64,000 nucleotides of DNA, from positions 216,182-280,181 of the forward strand of contig CAMJPL010000001.1 of assembly GCA_946407735.1 (NCBI GenBank), given 5' to 3'. Numbering within the stretch: the first letter of the stretch is position 1; every line of letters begins with the position of its first letter. This document shows, in pieces, positions 1 through 9,048 of this stretch. The DNA comes from an uncultured Clostridia bacterium (lineage in GTDB: Bacteria; Bacillota; Clostridia; Oscillospirales; CAG-272). The notes under the pieces were generated by a model. That model searched no databases, was not told the origin of the DNA, and saw only the letters and a program-made list of their open reading frames with translations. A program made the translations under genes and the position numbers.

Positions 1-1385
1 TATGTGCCGGTTTTTCCGTTGACGGCGTAGTCGGCGAAGAAGTCGCTGAACCCAAGATCGTTGTAATAGATGTCGACGAACTCTATCCACAGCGAATCGC
101 GGATGAGGTCGAGCACCTGAGCCGAGGCGTCGTCGCGGACGTATTTGCCCTTGAGGGCTATCTCGTAGTATTTCGGTATGATGTCGGTGTAGCCGATGCT
201 GCCGAGAGCCTCGAGGATTACCGCCGAGTTTTCGGCGCTCACCGCCGTGATCGGAACGGCGGCCACGGTGTAGCGGCGGAGGATCGTGTCGTAGTATCTA
301 TCCTGATCCTCGTTGTATTTCGGGTAGGGAAGGATGCCGAAGTCGCTCTGCATGTCGCGCAGACGTTCGGCCCCGTCGATGCCGAGGCCCATGAACAGGC
401 ATTTGTCGCTCATGAAGGCGTCGACGACGTCCTGCTCCTGATGATCGGTGGGGGCGGTCACGATGCACCGGTCGCTGTGGACGAACTCGTTTATCCTGTC
501 GGCGGCGGTGATATTCGCCTCGCTCGGCATCAGCAGGACATGCCTGCCGTCGGCGTCCTTTTCGGTGTACTCGAAGCCGAGAGACGAGAAGAAGGGCTGG
601 ACGAAGTTGTTGTAGGTGTAATAGCCGATGACGTCCTGCCCGTCTATCGCGCTGTCGCCGTTTATGTCGCGAGTCGCCTTCTCCGACAGCGTGAGGAATT
701 TGTCGAGCGTCCATTTCCCGCCGAGGGCGTCCTCATAGGGATATTCCTCCCCGAGGTTAGTCAGCATCGGCTTGTTGAAATATATGACGTTGCCGTAATA
801 GAATGACGAGACGCCGAAGCTGCCGGCGACGGTCTCCACCTTTCCGGCGAGGTTTATGCCCTCGGTGTACGAGTCGAGCCAGTAGGGCTTCTCAAGGTCG
901 AGATACTGTGAGTCGAGCAGATTGACGAAGATCCCCTCGATATTAAGCGGCTGGACGATGTTGCTCTGCCCGGTGACTATGTCGTAGGCAGAGTCGCCCG
1001 CCATGACGGCGGAACGGATGACGCCCTTGAACTCGTTCTGGCTCGCCCAGAGCCCGGGCTTGAGAACGTAGTCGATCCTGCAGTTGAACCGCTCCTCTAT
1101 CGCCCTGTCGCGGTCATAGACGGCGGTGTCCATGACGTCGCCGGTCTGCTCGGCGTAGAACTCGTTGGCCTTCTCCTCGCGCAGCAGCATTGTGATCGTC
1201 ACGCCGCCGAGATCGAGACCGTCGGGAAGGGAATCGGCCCGGGCGGTCGTCGTTTCGGCCTCCGATACGGCGGCTGTCTCGCCGGGCGACTGATCGTCGG
1301 CCGGAGCGGACGGCGCTGACGCCGCCTCGCCGCATCCGGCGAGCAGGAGAGCGGAAAGCATTATCGACGCGAGATATCGTTTCAT
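1..1385 (-). CDS. Extracellular solute-binding lipoprotein (family 1, LplA/LipO-like); C-terminus cut by the window edge
   Basis: Absent from the ORF track because it runs off the window. The reverse complement from 1385 reads MKRYLASIMLSALLLAGCGEAASAPS (lipobox LAGC). The same frame later gives VTITMLLREEKANEFYAEQTG, DINGDSAIDGQD and RDMQSDFGILPYPKY, matching paralogs at 14644, 32522 and 41740. Confidence 0.8.
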   Translation of the reverse strand, partial: MKRYLASIMLSALLLAGCGEAASAPSAPADDQSPGETAAVSEAETTTARADSLPDGLDLGGVTITMLLREEKANEFYAEQTGDVMDTAVYDRDRAIEERFNCRIDYVLKPGLWASQNEFKGVIRSAVMAGDSAYDIVTGQSNIVQPLNIEGIFVNLLDSQYLDLEKPYWLDSYTEGINLAGKVETVAGSFGVSSFYYGNVIYFNKPMLTNLGEEYPYEDALGGKWTLDKFLTLSEKATRDINGDSAIDGQDVIGYYTYNNFVQPFFSSLGFEYTEKDADGRHVLLMPSEANITAADRINEFVHSDRCIVTAPTDHQEQDVVDAFMSDKCLFMGLGIDGAERLRDMQSDFGILPYPKYNEDQDRYYDTILRRYTVAAVPITAVSAENSAVILEALGSIGYTDIIPKYYEIALKGKYVRDDASAQVLDLIRDSLWIEFVDIYYNDLGFSDFFADYAVNGKTGT

Positions 1386-1517
1386 GAGCGGGCTCCTTTT
1401 TTTCATCGGATTTCGTCTCTGATATCTATTTTATCACGCGGAGCGGCAAAAGTCAACCGCTTAAAGGAGCTTTTTCGATTCCTCCTGCATATTCCGCTCA
1501 GAATATCGCTTCGGCGC

Positions 1518-1546
1518 TTGACAAACGGCCCGAAATGGGGTATCAT
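1518..1546 (+). promoter_or_regulatory. Sigma-A type promoter for the 1590 operon
   Basis: TTGACA (1518-1523), 17-nt spacer, TATCAT (1541-1546), about 45 nt upstream of the ATG at 1590. Confidence 0.65.
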
Positions 1547-1589
1547 ATTATCATGAAGGAATGATTCTGACGATCAGGGGGAAATTATC

Positions 1590-2864
1590 ATGGCAAAAAT
1601 AACAGTGGACACAGGCAGGATAACCGGAAAGATAAAGCCGATGCACGGAGTCGGACAGCCGCCCTTCCTCGGGCGCGATTTCCACCGCCTCAGCTGGCTC
1701 ACCGACGCCGGGATCCCGTTCTCGCGCCTGCACGACGTGGGCGGGGCCTACGGCGGAAACAAATACGTCGACATCCCGAACCTGTTCCGCGATTTCGACG
1801 CCGATCCGGACGATCCGAAATCCTACGACTTCGCCTTCACCGATCTTCTTATAAAGGAGCTCGTCGAGCATGATGTCGAGCCGTTCTTCCGTCTCGGCGT
1901 CACCATCGAGAACGACAGGGTGATAAAGGCGTACCGCATCGATCCGCCGAAGGATCCGGCGAAGTGGGCGAAGATCTGCGAGATGGTCATCCGCCATTAC
2001 AACGAGGGCTGGGCCGACGGGTATCATTACGGCATACGATACTGGGAGATATGGAACGAGCCGGAAAACCACAACGATCCGAAGCTGAACGAGATGTGGA
2101 CCGGCACGGCGCAGCAGTATTACGAGCTATACAACGTGACGGCGAAGCATCTGAAGAAATGCTTCCCGGAGCTCAGGATCGGCGGCTACGCCTCCTGCGG
2201 CTTCTACGCGATAAAGGACCATAATCCGAGAAACGATTATTTCCTCTCATTCTTCGACGGGTTCCTCGATTCGGTGAAGGAAAACGGCTCGCCGCTCGAT
2301 TTCTTCTCGTGGCACAGCTACGACGGCATCGCAAATACTATGGATTACGCCGATTACTGCCGCCGCCGTCTCGACGAGGCGGGCTTCAGGGACACCGAGA
2401 CCACCTGCAACGAATGGGATCCCGAGCATACGAGGCGCGGCACATACCGTCACGCGGCGCTCATCTGCGGCATGATGCTGGCGATGCAGGGGAGCCCGCT
2501 CGATTCGGCCATGTTCTACGACGCGAGATTCGGGCTGTCGGTATACGGCGCGCTGTTCGACCCGATGAACGACTGCACTTATCCCGCCTACGACGCCTTC
2601 CTCGCCTTCAACGAGCTGTATAAGCGCGGAAACGAGCTGTCAGTGACGGTCGATACCCCGAACGTCTTCGCCGCCGCCGCGAAGGGTGAAGACGATATCT
2701 GCGCCGTGATCGCCAATATAAACGACACCTACGTCCCGCTCGAACTCGACGCGAAAAAAATCACTTCATGCCGCATGACCGGTTGGGGAAAGCGGTTTGA
2801 AACGGTGCCGCTCCCGGCGAACCTGCCGGCCGATTCGTTCATCTGCGTGACTTATAAGGTGTGA
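1590..2864 (+). CDS. Glycoside hydrolase, clan GH-A TIM barrel (GH39-like; family uncertain)
   Basis: 424-aa ORF with RBS AGGGGGA upstream. Contains YWEIWNEPEN, the acid/base NEP motif typical of clan GH-A enzymes. No signal peptide. Confidence 0.6.
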   Translation: MAKITVDTGRITGKIKPMHGVGQPPFLGRDFHRLSWLTDAGIPFSRLHDVGGAYGGNKYVDIPNLFRDFDADPDDPKSYDFAFTDLLIKELVEHDVEPFFRLGVTIENDRVIKAYRIDPPKDPAKWAKICEMVIRHYNEGWADGYHYGIRYWEIWNEPENHNDPKLNEMWTGTAQQYYELYNVTAKHLKKCFPELRIGGYASCGFYAIKDHNPRNDYFLSFFDGFLDSVKENGSPLDFFSWHSYDGIANTMDYADYCRRRLDEAGFRDTETTCNEWDPEHTRRGTYRHAALICGMMLAMQGSPLDSAMFYDARFGLSVYGALFDPMNDCTYPAYDAFLAFNELYKRGNELSVTVDTPNVFAAAAKGEDDICAVIANINDTYVPLELDAKKITSCRMTGWGKRFETVPLPANLPADSFICVTYKV

Positions 2865-2867
2865 AAA

Positions 2868-3641
2868 ATGTACAGCGCTGAACAGCTTGAAAAAATATTC
2901 GCCCGCATAGGGCTCGCCTTCGATCCGTCGGCGAAAAGGGACGGAAAGCTCCTGTCCGATATCCAGCTCGCCATGGTGACGCATGTCCCGTACGAGAATC
3001 TTGATATCGTAAACGGCGTGCCGCTGTCGCTCGATTACGGCGATCTGTACGAAAAGATCGTCGTAAGGCACAGGGGCGGCTACTGCTTTGAGATAAACGG
3101 CTTCTTCGGCGAGACTCTTCGCTCGCTCGGGTATGATGTCACCGAGTATATGGCGAGGTATCTCCGAGGAGAAACCGAGATACCGATGCGCCGCCACCGC
3201 GTTATACGCGCCGTCGGCTGCGACAAAAAGGCGTGGATTTGCGACGCCGGGATAGGTCAGCCGGCCTTCCGCCTGCCGCTTCTGATGGAGGAGGGGTATA
3301 TCTCTGAGCAGTACGGCGAGACGTATAAGGTCGTAAAGGAGCCTTTCTTCGGCTGGGTGATATATGACCTTCATCACGGCGAGTGGAGGAGGTTCTACGG
3401 CTTTACCGAGGAGGAGCAGCTGAATATCGACTACGTCATGCCGTCCTTCTGGTGCGAGCACGCGCCAGATTCGCCGTTCACGAAATCGCCGAGTCTTTCG
3501 ATAAAGACCCTGACCGGAAGATACACGGTCGACGGCGGCAAATTCCGCGTCTTCGACTGGGACAAAGTCGATGAAAGGGACATCGGTGAGGATGAGAGAG
3601 GTGAGATATATGAAAGGTATTTCGGGCTTTGCGTCACATGA
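2868..3641 (+). CDS. Arylamine N-acetyltransferase (NAT family)
   Basis: 257 aa. RHRGGYCFEINGFF contains the NAT catalytic Cys motif (RGGxCxE). A later HRVIRAV...WICDAGIG fits the His/Asp part of the triad region. Confidence 0.8.
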   Translation: MYSAEQLEKIFARIGLAFDPSAKRDGKLLSDIQLAMVTHVPYENLDIVNGVPLSLDYGDLYEKIVVRHRGGYCFEINGFFGETLRSLGYDVTEYMARYLRGETEIPMRRHRVIRAVGCDKKAWICDAGIGQPAFRLPLLMEEGYISEQYGETYKVVKEPFFGWVIYDLHHGEWRRFYGFTEEEQLNIDYVMPSFWCEHAPDSPFTKSPSLSIKTLTGRYTVDGGKFRVFDWDKVDERDIGEDERGEIYERYFGLCVT

Positions 3642-3698
3642 AAAATCGGGGTAGGTAAGGCCGCGCGCACAGCTTCGGCGCTTCTTCTGACCGCGGTT

Positions 3699-5774
3699 TT
3701 GCTCGCTCTGACCTCATGCGGGTCGAAGGACGGCGGGACGATGACGCTTACCGGGATATTCGAAGGCGAAGCCGTGGATATGACCGGGGACTATATCATG
3801 GCCGGGAAGCCGGTCATCTGCGGCAAGTCGCTGTGCGTTTGCGCCGTCGAGAAGACCGACGAGGATGACAGGGTGTATATTTCGGCATATGATACCGAAA
3901 CCGGGGATGTCAGCTTTATCCGGATACCGATCGGGCTCGACGAGATCTGCTTTGCCGTCGGCGAGAATGAAGACGTCCTGCTGATGTGCCGGGAGAAGAT
4001 CGGATACGGCGTCTCGCTCGTAAGAGGCGGGGATGTGATATGGTCGCTTGACCTTAAGGATATCATGACCGTTCCTTCAAATCCTGACGGCAGTCAGAAC
4101 CTGCTGTATTCGGACGGGCTGTGGTATGTCGTGCTCGGCAGCGAGATCGGCGTCATCGGCGCCGACGGGAAAGCCGTCGGGCATCTGACGGAGGACGAGC
4201 CGTTTGTTTTATCCTTCGTCTCCGACGACGGAGTTCACGCTGTGACAAAAAAGCGGCATCTCATCATAAATGGCGCGAGGGCGGAGGAAGGGACGCCGTG
4301 GGAGGGGCTCATTCCCGAAAAAACGGCGATATTCCCCGCCGACGGCTCGCGTTTTCTGTCGATGAGCGGGAGCGGCGCCGATATGACCGACGTGGGGACA
4401 AGGCAGAGCTTTGAATTCATCAGCTGGGTGAATTCCGGCGTCGACCCGCACACCGTTTCGGGGATCTATTATATCTCCGACGATGTGATATACCTGTACC
4501 GCTCCGGTGCCGGAGACAGCCCGGTCGTGAAGATGACGCGCCGACCCGACACAGAGCTTGAGCGAAGCAGGATAGTCGCCGTCACCTGTCCGAAGTCGCT
4601 CTGGTTTTCCGATATTCACGAGGCGGCGCTGAAATTCAATTCCTTCCAGACCGGATACCGCGTGATCCTTGACGATATCGGCGATGAGGACTACGAAACG
4701 GCACTCGATCTCAGGCTGGCAGACGGAAGCGCCGGGGATATCATAATCCTCCCGGGGAATACTCCCGCAGGGAAATATCTTGACAAAAACATTTTCGTCG
4801 ACCTGTATGAAGATACGGCGGAAAGGGAGGATATCTTTTCCTGCGTAAGGAAGCTTTATGAGGATGACGGGCGTCTGTTCGTGATGCCGCGGACGTTCTC
4901 CTTGAGCTGGTACAGCTTCACCGACCCCGATATCGATCCCGGCTGGACATATGACGAATTCATAAATATGCTCGACGGCGGCGCGAAGCTTTTCGGCAAT
5001 GAATATATCGGCCTGTTCAATTTCAGCTTCCGGCGGTGCTGGTATGAGAACATACTGCACGGCGGCGAGTTCGACCGCGAAATGTTCATCGAATACTGTC
5101 AGAGATTCGTCAGACTTAAAAGCGAGAACAAGGATTACCGCTCCTTCACGCGTTCGGGAAACGTATGGCTTGAAGGAAAAGAAGCGCTGTACGAGGCGTC
5201 GGGCGGGCTTCTATATTATATCAAATCCAAAGCCGTCTGGGGAAAAGGCGCGTCGGTGGGATTCGCCGGGATGCCGACAAAGGACGGCGGCAGATACTGT
5301 GTCCATCCGTCCGAGATATGCGGCATACTGAAAAAAGCTGCCGGGCTCGAAGGCGCGAAAGCCTTTCTAAGGTATTACACCGGCGCCGGCTTTGCCCGTG
5401 ACAGGGACTACTTCGACAGCCTGTCCTCCGTCCCGTCCGTTATCTCAGCATACCGCGCCTTGTGCGAAAGGAGCCGGGAATCGTCGAAGTATTATTTCAT
5501 CCCGTACGATTTCTCCTTCAACTACGCCTCCTGTGACGAGTACACCGACGAGCTTTACGGCGCGGCCGGATACTGCGCGGCAAACGACAAGGCTCTTGCC
5601 GATGAGTTCGAGAGATTCATGGATACGGCGGAGCCGATGCCGCTCTGGCCGGAGGATCTTCTCGACATCATCGACGAGGAGCTGTCGGCCGTCGAAGGCG
5701 GCCGGGATATGAATGAGATCGCCGATATATGCGAAAACCGCGTCAGCCTCTGGCTGGCTGAGCATGATTACTGA
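3699..5774 (+). CDS. Large lipoprotein of unknown function (N-terminal beta-rich region plus C-terminal solute-binding-like region); annotated start probably wrong
   Basis: 691-aa ORF whose TTG start leaves only MLALTSCG before the lipobox Cys. The in-frame upstream sequence KIGVGKAARTASALLLTAVLLALTSCG is a full lipoprotein signal but lacks a start codon (see the frameshift finding at 3638). Confidence 0.7.
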   Translation: MLALTSCGSKDGGTMTLTGIFEGEAVDMTGDYIMAGKPVICGKSLCVCAVEKTDEDDRVYISAYDTETGDVSFIRIPIGLDEICFAVGENEDVLLMCREKIGYGVSLVRGGDVIWSLDLKDIMTVPSNPDGSQNLLYSDGLWYVVLGSEIGVIGADGKAVGHLTEDEPFVLSFVSDDGVHAVTKKRHLIINGARAEEGTPWEGLIPEKTAIFPADGSRFLSMSGSGADMTDVGTRQSFEFISWVNSGVDPHTVSGIYYISDDVIYLYRSGAGDSPVVKMTRRPDTELERSRIVAVTCPKSLWFSDIHEAALKFNSFQTGYRVILDDIGDEDYETALDLRLADGSAGDIIILPGNTPAGKYLDKNIFVDLYEDTAEREDIFSCVRKLYEDDGRLFVMPRTFSLSWYSFTDPDIDPGWTYDEFINMLDGGAKLFGNEYIGLFNFSFRRCWYENILHGGEFDREMFIEYCQRFVRLKSENKDYRSFTRSGNVWLEGKEALYEASGGLLYYIKSKAVWGKGASVGFAGMPTKDGGRYCVHPSEICGILKKAAGLEGAKAFLRYYTGAGFARDRDYFDSLSSVPSVISAYRALCERSRESSKYYFIPYDFSFNYASCDEYTDELYGAAGYCAANDKALADEFERFMDTAEPMPLWPEDLLDIIDEELSAVEGGRDMNEIADICENRVSLWLAEHDY

Positions 5775-5799
5775 TAATTTCCGAAAGGACTTGCACAAA

Positions 5800-6864
5800 A
5801 TGGGACTGCCATTAGATTCACCGTTCGACCTCCATTCGGTATTCCCCCGCGGCGGGAGGAACCTCATCTCCGACGTACCCGGCGTGACCGTCGGCCACGT
5901 CACCCACAGCGGCGGGGACGTGCATACCGGCGTCACCGCCGTACTGCCGCATCAGGGCGACTGGTTCCACGAAAAGGTCATCGCCGGCTGCGACGTCATC
6001 AACGGCTTCGGCAAGACGGCGGGGCTGATGCAGATAGACGAGCTCGGCACGCTCGAGACGCCGATACTCATGACCGGCACGCTCAGCGTCGGCACCTGTC
6101 TCACCGGCATGGTGAGATATATGCTGGACAAGAATCCCGACATCTGCAGCGGCACCGGTTCCGTCAACTGCGTCGTCACCGAGTGCAACGATGCCGCGCT
6201 GAATGACGCGCGCGGGCTGCATGTGACGGAGGAAGACGTCCGAAACGCTGTCGATTCCGCCTCGGCGGATTTCGCAGAAGGAGCAGTCGGCGGCGGCGCC
6301 GGGATGACGTGCATGGGCTTCAAGGGCGGCATCGGCTCGGCGTCGAGGACGCTGGAGCTCGGCGGGAAGGAATACGTCATAGGCGGGATCGTGATGACGA
6401 ACTTCGGCGGCCCCGGCACCTTCGTCATCGGCGGCAGGCACGTCGGTGAGGAGATACTGAGGGAAAAGAGAAAGCCGGTGCGCGACATCGGGTCGATAAT
6501 CCTCGTCACGGCGACGGATATACCGCTGTCGGCGAGGCAGTGCCGCCGTCTGTCGAGGCGGGCGGCCGCGGCTCTCGGTCGTGTCGGCTCGACGATGGGG
6601 ACGCAGTCGGGCGACGTCTCGATCGCCTTCTCGACGGCGAACAGGATTCCGCATTACAGCGGCGGCGCCGTATATGAGCTGAACGTCCTTCACGACGATT
6701 ATCTCGACCGCGTCTTTACCGCCGCCGTCGAGGCGCTTGAGGAATCGGTCGTGAGCGCGCTGTGGCACGCCGAAACGGTAAGCGGACGGAAAGGCAGCAG
6801 GGCGAAGGGCTTCGCCGAGGCGTGGAAGGAATATGATTATAATAAGGAAGAAACCGACAGATAA
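5800..6864 (+). CDS. P1/S58 family peptidase (DmpA-like L-aminopeptidase/D-esterase)
   Basis: ISDVPGVTVGHVTHSGGDVHTGVTAVLP is typical of DmpA/S58 N-termini. I chose the ATG at 5800 (in frame, after the upstream stop) rather than the track start at 5713, which overlaps the previous gene. Confidence 0.75.
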   Translation: MGLPLDSPFDLHSVFPRGGRNLISDVPGVTVGHVTHSGGDVHTGVTAVLPHQGDWFHEKVIAGCDVINGFGKTAGLMQIDELGTLETPILMTGTLSVGTCLTGMVRYMLDKNPDICSGTGSVNCVVTECNDAALNDARGLHVTEEDVRNAVDSASADFAEGAVGGGAGMTCMGFKGGIGSASRTLELGGKEYVIGGIVMTNFGGPGTFVIGGRHVGEEILREKRKPVRDIGSIILVTATDIPLSARQCRRLSRRAAAALGRVGSTMGTQSGDVSIAFSTANRIPHYSGGAVYELNVLHDDYLDRVFTAAVEALEESVVSALWHAETVSGRKGSRAKGFAEAWKEYDYNKEETDR

Positions 6865-6879
6865 AAAAGGAGAGGCAAA

Positions 6880-7833
6880 ATGGCTGAAAAGATGATCTGG
6901 GCGTATTTTCTGCAGCTTTCGATGCATATGTGGGAGGATGAGTTCACCCCTCCGCGCGGATGGTATCTGAAACAGGGCTATTCGGAGGAAAACGGGACCG
7001 ATATCTCGGTATGGGACGAGATGGTCGATTTCATAGCCGAGCGGAAATACAATCTCTGCGTGATCGACGTCGGCGACGGGATAAAGTACGAATCTCACCC
7101 GGAGATCTCGGCTCCCGACGCGTGGGACAAGGATTTCCTCAAAAAGAAGCTCGACGAGATGCGGGCGCTCGGCATAGAGCCGATACCGAAGCTGAACTTC
7201 TCGGCCTGCCACGACGTATGGATGAAGAAATACCGGTTCATGATAAACTCGCCGGAGTATTTCGCCTTCTGCGCCGATGTGATAGCCGAAGTCTGCGAGG
7301 CGTTCGGATATCCCCGCCTGTTCCATCTCGGGCTCGACGAGGAGAACATAGCGAATCAGGGCGGCTGCGACATCATCACGATCCGCGGCGAAGCGATGTG
7401 GTGGAAGTGCGCTGACTTCCTCTTCGCCGAGTGCGAAAAGCACGGCGCGAGACCGTGGGTGTGGTCGGACTACTACTGGGATCATCCCGACCTGTTCGTG
7501 AAGCATATGCCGAAATCGGTCCTGCAGTCGAACTGGTACTACGGCAATATCACCGACTATCCCGCCGACTCATACGGAGGCCGCGCCGTCCGCACCTACC
7601 TCACGCTTGAGGAGCTCGGCTACGATCAGGTGCCGTCCTGCTCAACGTGGAACAACAACCGCAACACCTTCCAGACCGTCGCGCTCGGCAGGGACAAAAT
7701 CGCTCCCGAAAGGCTGAATGGCTTCATGACCATCCCGTGGACGTCGACAACCCGATCTGAGATCTATACGCTGAAAAACGACGCCGAGCGGATGTATCTC
7801 GCCCGCCGCGAGCTGTACCCGGAGACGCTGTGA
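6880..7833 (+). CDS. Hypothetical protein, possible GH20-like TIM-barrel hydrolase
   Basis: 317-aa ORF with an RBS (AAAAGGAGAGG). FHLGLDEEN resembles the H-x-G-x-D-E catalytic motif of GH20. The functional assignment is weak. Confidence 0.5.
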   Translation: MAEKMIWAYFLQLSMHMWEDEFTPPRGWYLKQGYSEENGTDISVWDEMVDFIAERKYNLCVIDVGDGIKYESHPEISAPDAWDKDFLKKKLDEMRALGIEPIPKLNFSACHDVWMKKYRFMINSPEYFAFCADVIAEVCEAFGYPRLFHLGLDEENIANQGGCDIITIRGEAMWWKCADFLFAECEKHGARPWVWSDYYWDHPDLFVKHMPKSVLQSNWYYGNITDYPADSYGGRAVRTYLTLEELGYDQVPSCSTWNNNRNTFQTVALGRDKIAPERLNGFMTIPWTSTTRSEIYTLKNDAERMYLARRELYPETL

Positions 7834-7837
7834 GGAT

Positions 7838-8923
7838 ATGAAAGCGGCAGAGATGGAACTTAAAGAGTATTTTGAGAGATTTTCCTCCGACTGCACGGCC
7901 GGGAGCGCGAATCAGAAGCTGACCGAAAACGAAGAGACGGTGACGCTGACCGGACGCTGCCCGTATATGCTGTCGCACGGGGGAGAAAATTACTCCCTTC
8001 TGTTCGGCGGCGCGACCGACAGCACCTTCGGCGAGAGCCGGGTATGCACCGCGAACGCCGTCGGCGACCCGTGGACGATCCTGAGTATGCGCGTCGGCAT
8101 AGACAAGGGCTCCGGCGAGCCGGAGGTATTCCATACCGTCACCTTCGGCGGCAGCAGGACAAGGACGGTCGATTCGCCGGATCTCTTCTGCACCGATCCG
8201 ATCCCGCTGAACGCGAAGGCCGGGGACAGGATGATCTACGAGATCACGATATCCGGCAGGCGTTATCCGTATCACGAGGAGATCGTGCTCCCGGCCGTGA
8301 TAAAGGGAGAAGACGGGATCTTCCGTCCCGGAAAGACCTTCCCGGTGCCGCTGATGATCGGCTCCGACCGCCCGGTATCGAAGCGCGTCGGCTTTTTAGG
8401 CGACTCGATAACGCAGGGATGCGGCACCGAGGTCGATTCCTACACCCACTGGGCGGCGAAGATCGCCGAGGGGCTGCCGGACGATATCAGCGTCTGGGAT
8501 CTCGGCATCGGCTACGCCAGAGCCTACGACGCCGCGACGGACTCTCTCTGGCTGTACAGGGCAAAGCAGTGCGATACGGTGAACGTCTGCCTCGGGGTGA
8601 ACGATCTTCTGCGGGACAGGACTGCGGATGAGGTGATATCCGACATAACGGCGGTCGTCCGCTCGCTTAAGAAGGCGGGCTGCCGGGTGATACTCTTCAC
8701 CGTCCCGCCGTTCGACATGACGGGGGAGGCGAAGGAGCGCTGGTACGCCGTATGCGGCGCCGTAAGAGGATATCTCGGCAGGGAAGCGGACGACGTCTTT
8801 GACTTCGCCGACGTGCTCGGCAGGCCTGCGCCGGAGCGGCATATGTCGATATACGGCGGTCATCCGAACGCCGAGGGCTGCGCCGTCCTCGCGAAGGCAT
8901 ATCTAAAGGCGGGACTCATATAA
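7838..8923 (+). CDS. SGNH/GDSL family hydrolase (esterase) with an N-terminal beta-rich domain
   Basis: VGFLGDSITQGCG (block I GDS motif), GVND (block III) and a C-terminal GGHPN region (block V). Starts 4 nt after the previous stop. Confidence 0.8.
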   Translation: MKAAEMELKEYFERFSSDCTAGSANQKLTENEETVTLTGRCPYMLSHGGENYSLLFGGATDSTFGESRVCTANAVGDPWTILSMRVGIDKGSGEPEVFHTVTFGGSRTRTVDSPDLFCTDPIPLNAKAGDRMIYEITISGRRYPYHEEIVLPAVIKGEDGIFRPGKTFPVPLMIGSDRPVSKRVGFLGDSITQGCGTEVDSYTHWAAKIAEGLPDDISVWDLGIGYARAYDAATDSLWLYRAKQCDTVNVCLGVNDLLRDRTADEVISDITAVVRSLKKAGCRVILFTVPPFDMTGEAKERWYAVCGAVRGYLGREADDVFDFADVLGRPAPERHMSIYGGHPNAEGCAVLAKAYLKAGLI

Positions 8924-9048
8924 AATCCCATAATTTACAATAATAATATCGGATTTTATGTTGATCTGAAAACCTGTTGCGTATCCGGAAATGATATGTT
9001 AAAATATGATCGTACCGTTATTGAACATATCATACGGAGGTTCAGATC

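Noticed and set aside
3699-3701. TTG at 3699 as the genuine start of the 691-aa lipoprotein.
   Set aside because: It would leave a 6-residue pre-Cys peptide, with no basic or hydrophobic signal region. The in-frame upstream sequence encodes a complete signal peptide, so a frameshifted ATG at 3638 explains the data better.
5818-7506. Very long ORFs antisense to well-supported genes: 5818-7506, 21947-24265, 25796-27403, 38448-40325, 46113-47591, 50391-52136, 58469-59560, 60524-61789, 61683-63800 and others.
   Set aside because: Their translations are Arg/Gly/Asp/His/Pro-rich low-complexity strings with no motifs. Each lies opposite a gene with clear family signatures. Long stop-free antisense frames are expected at this GC content.
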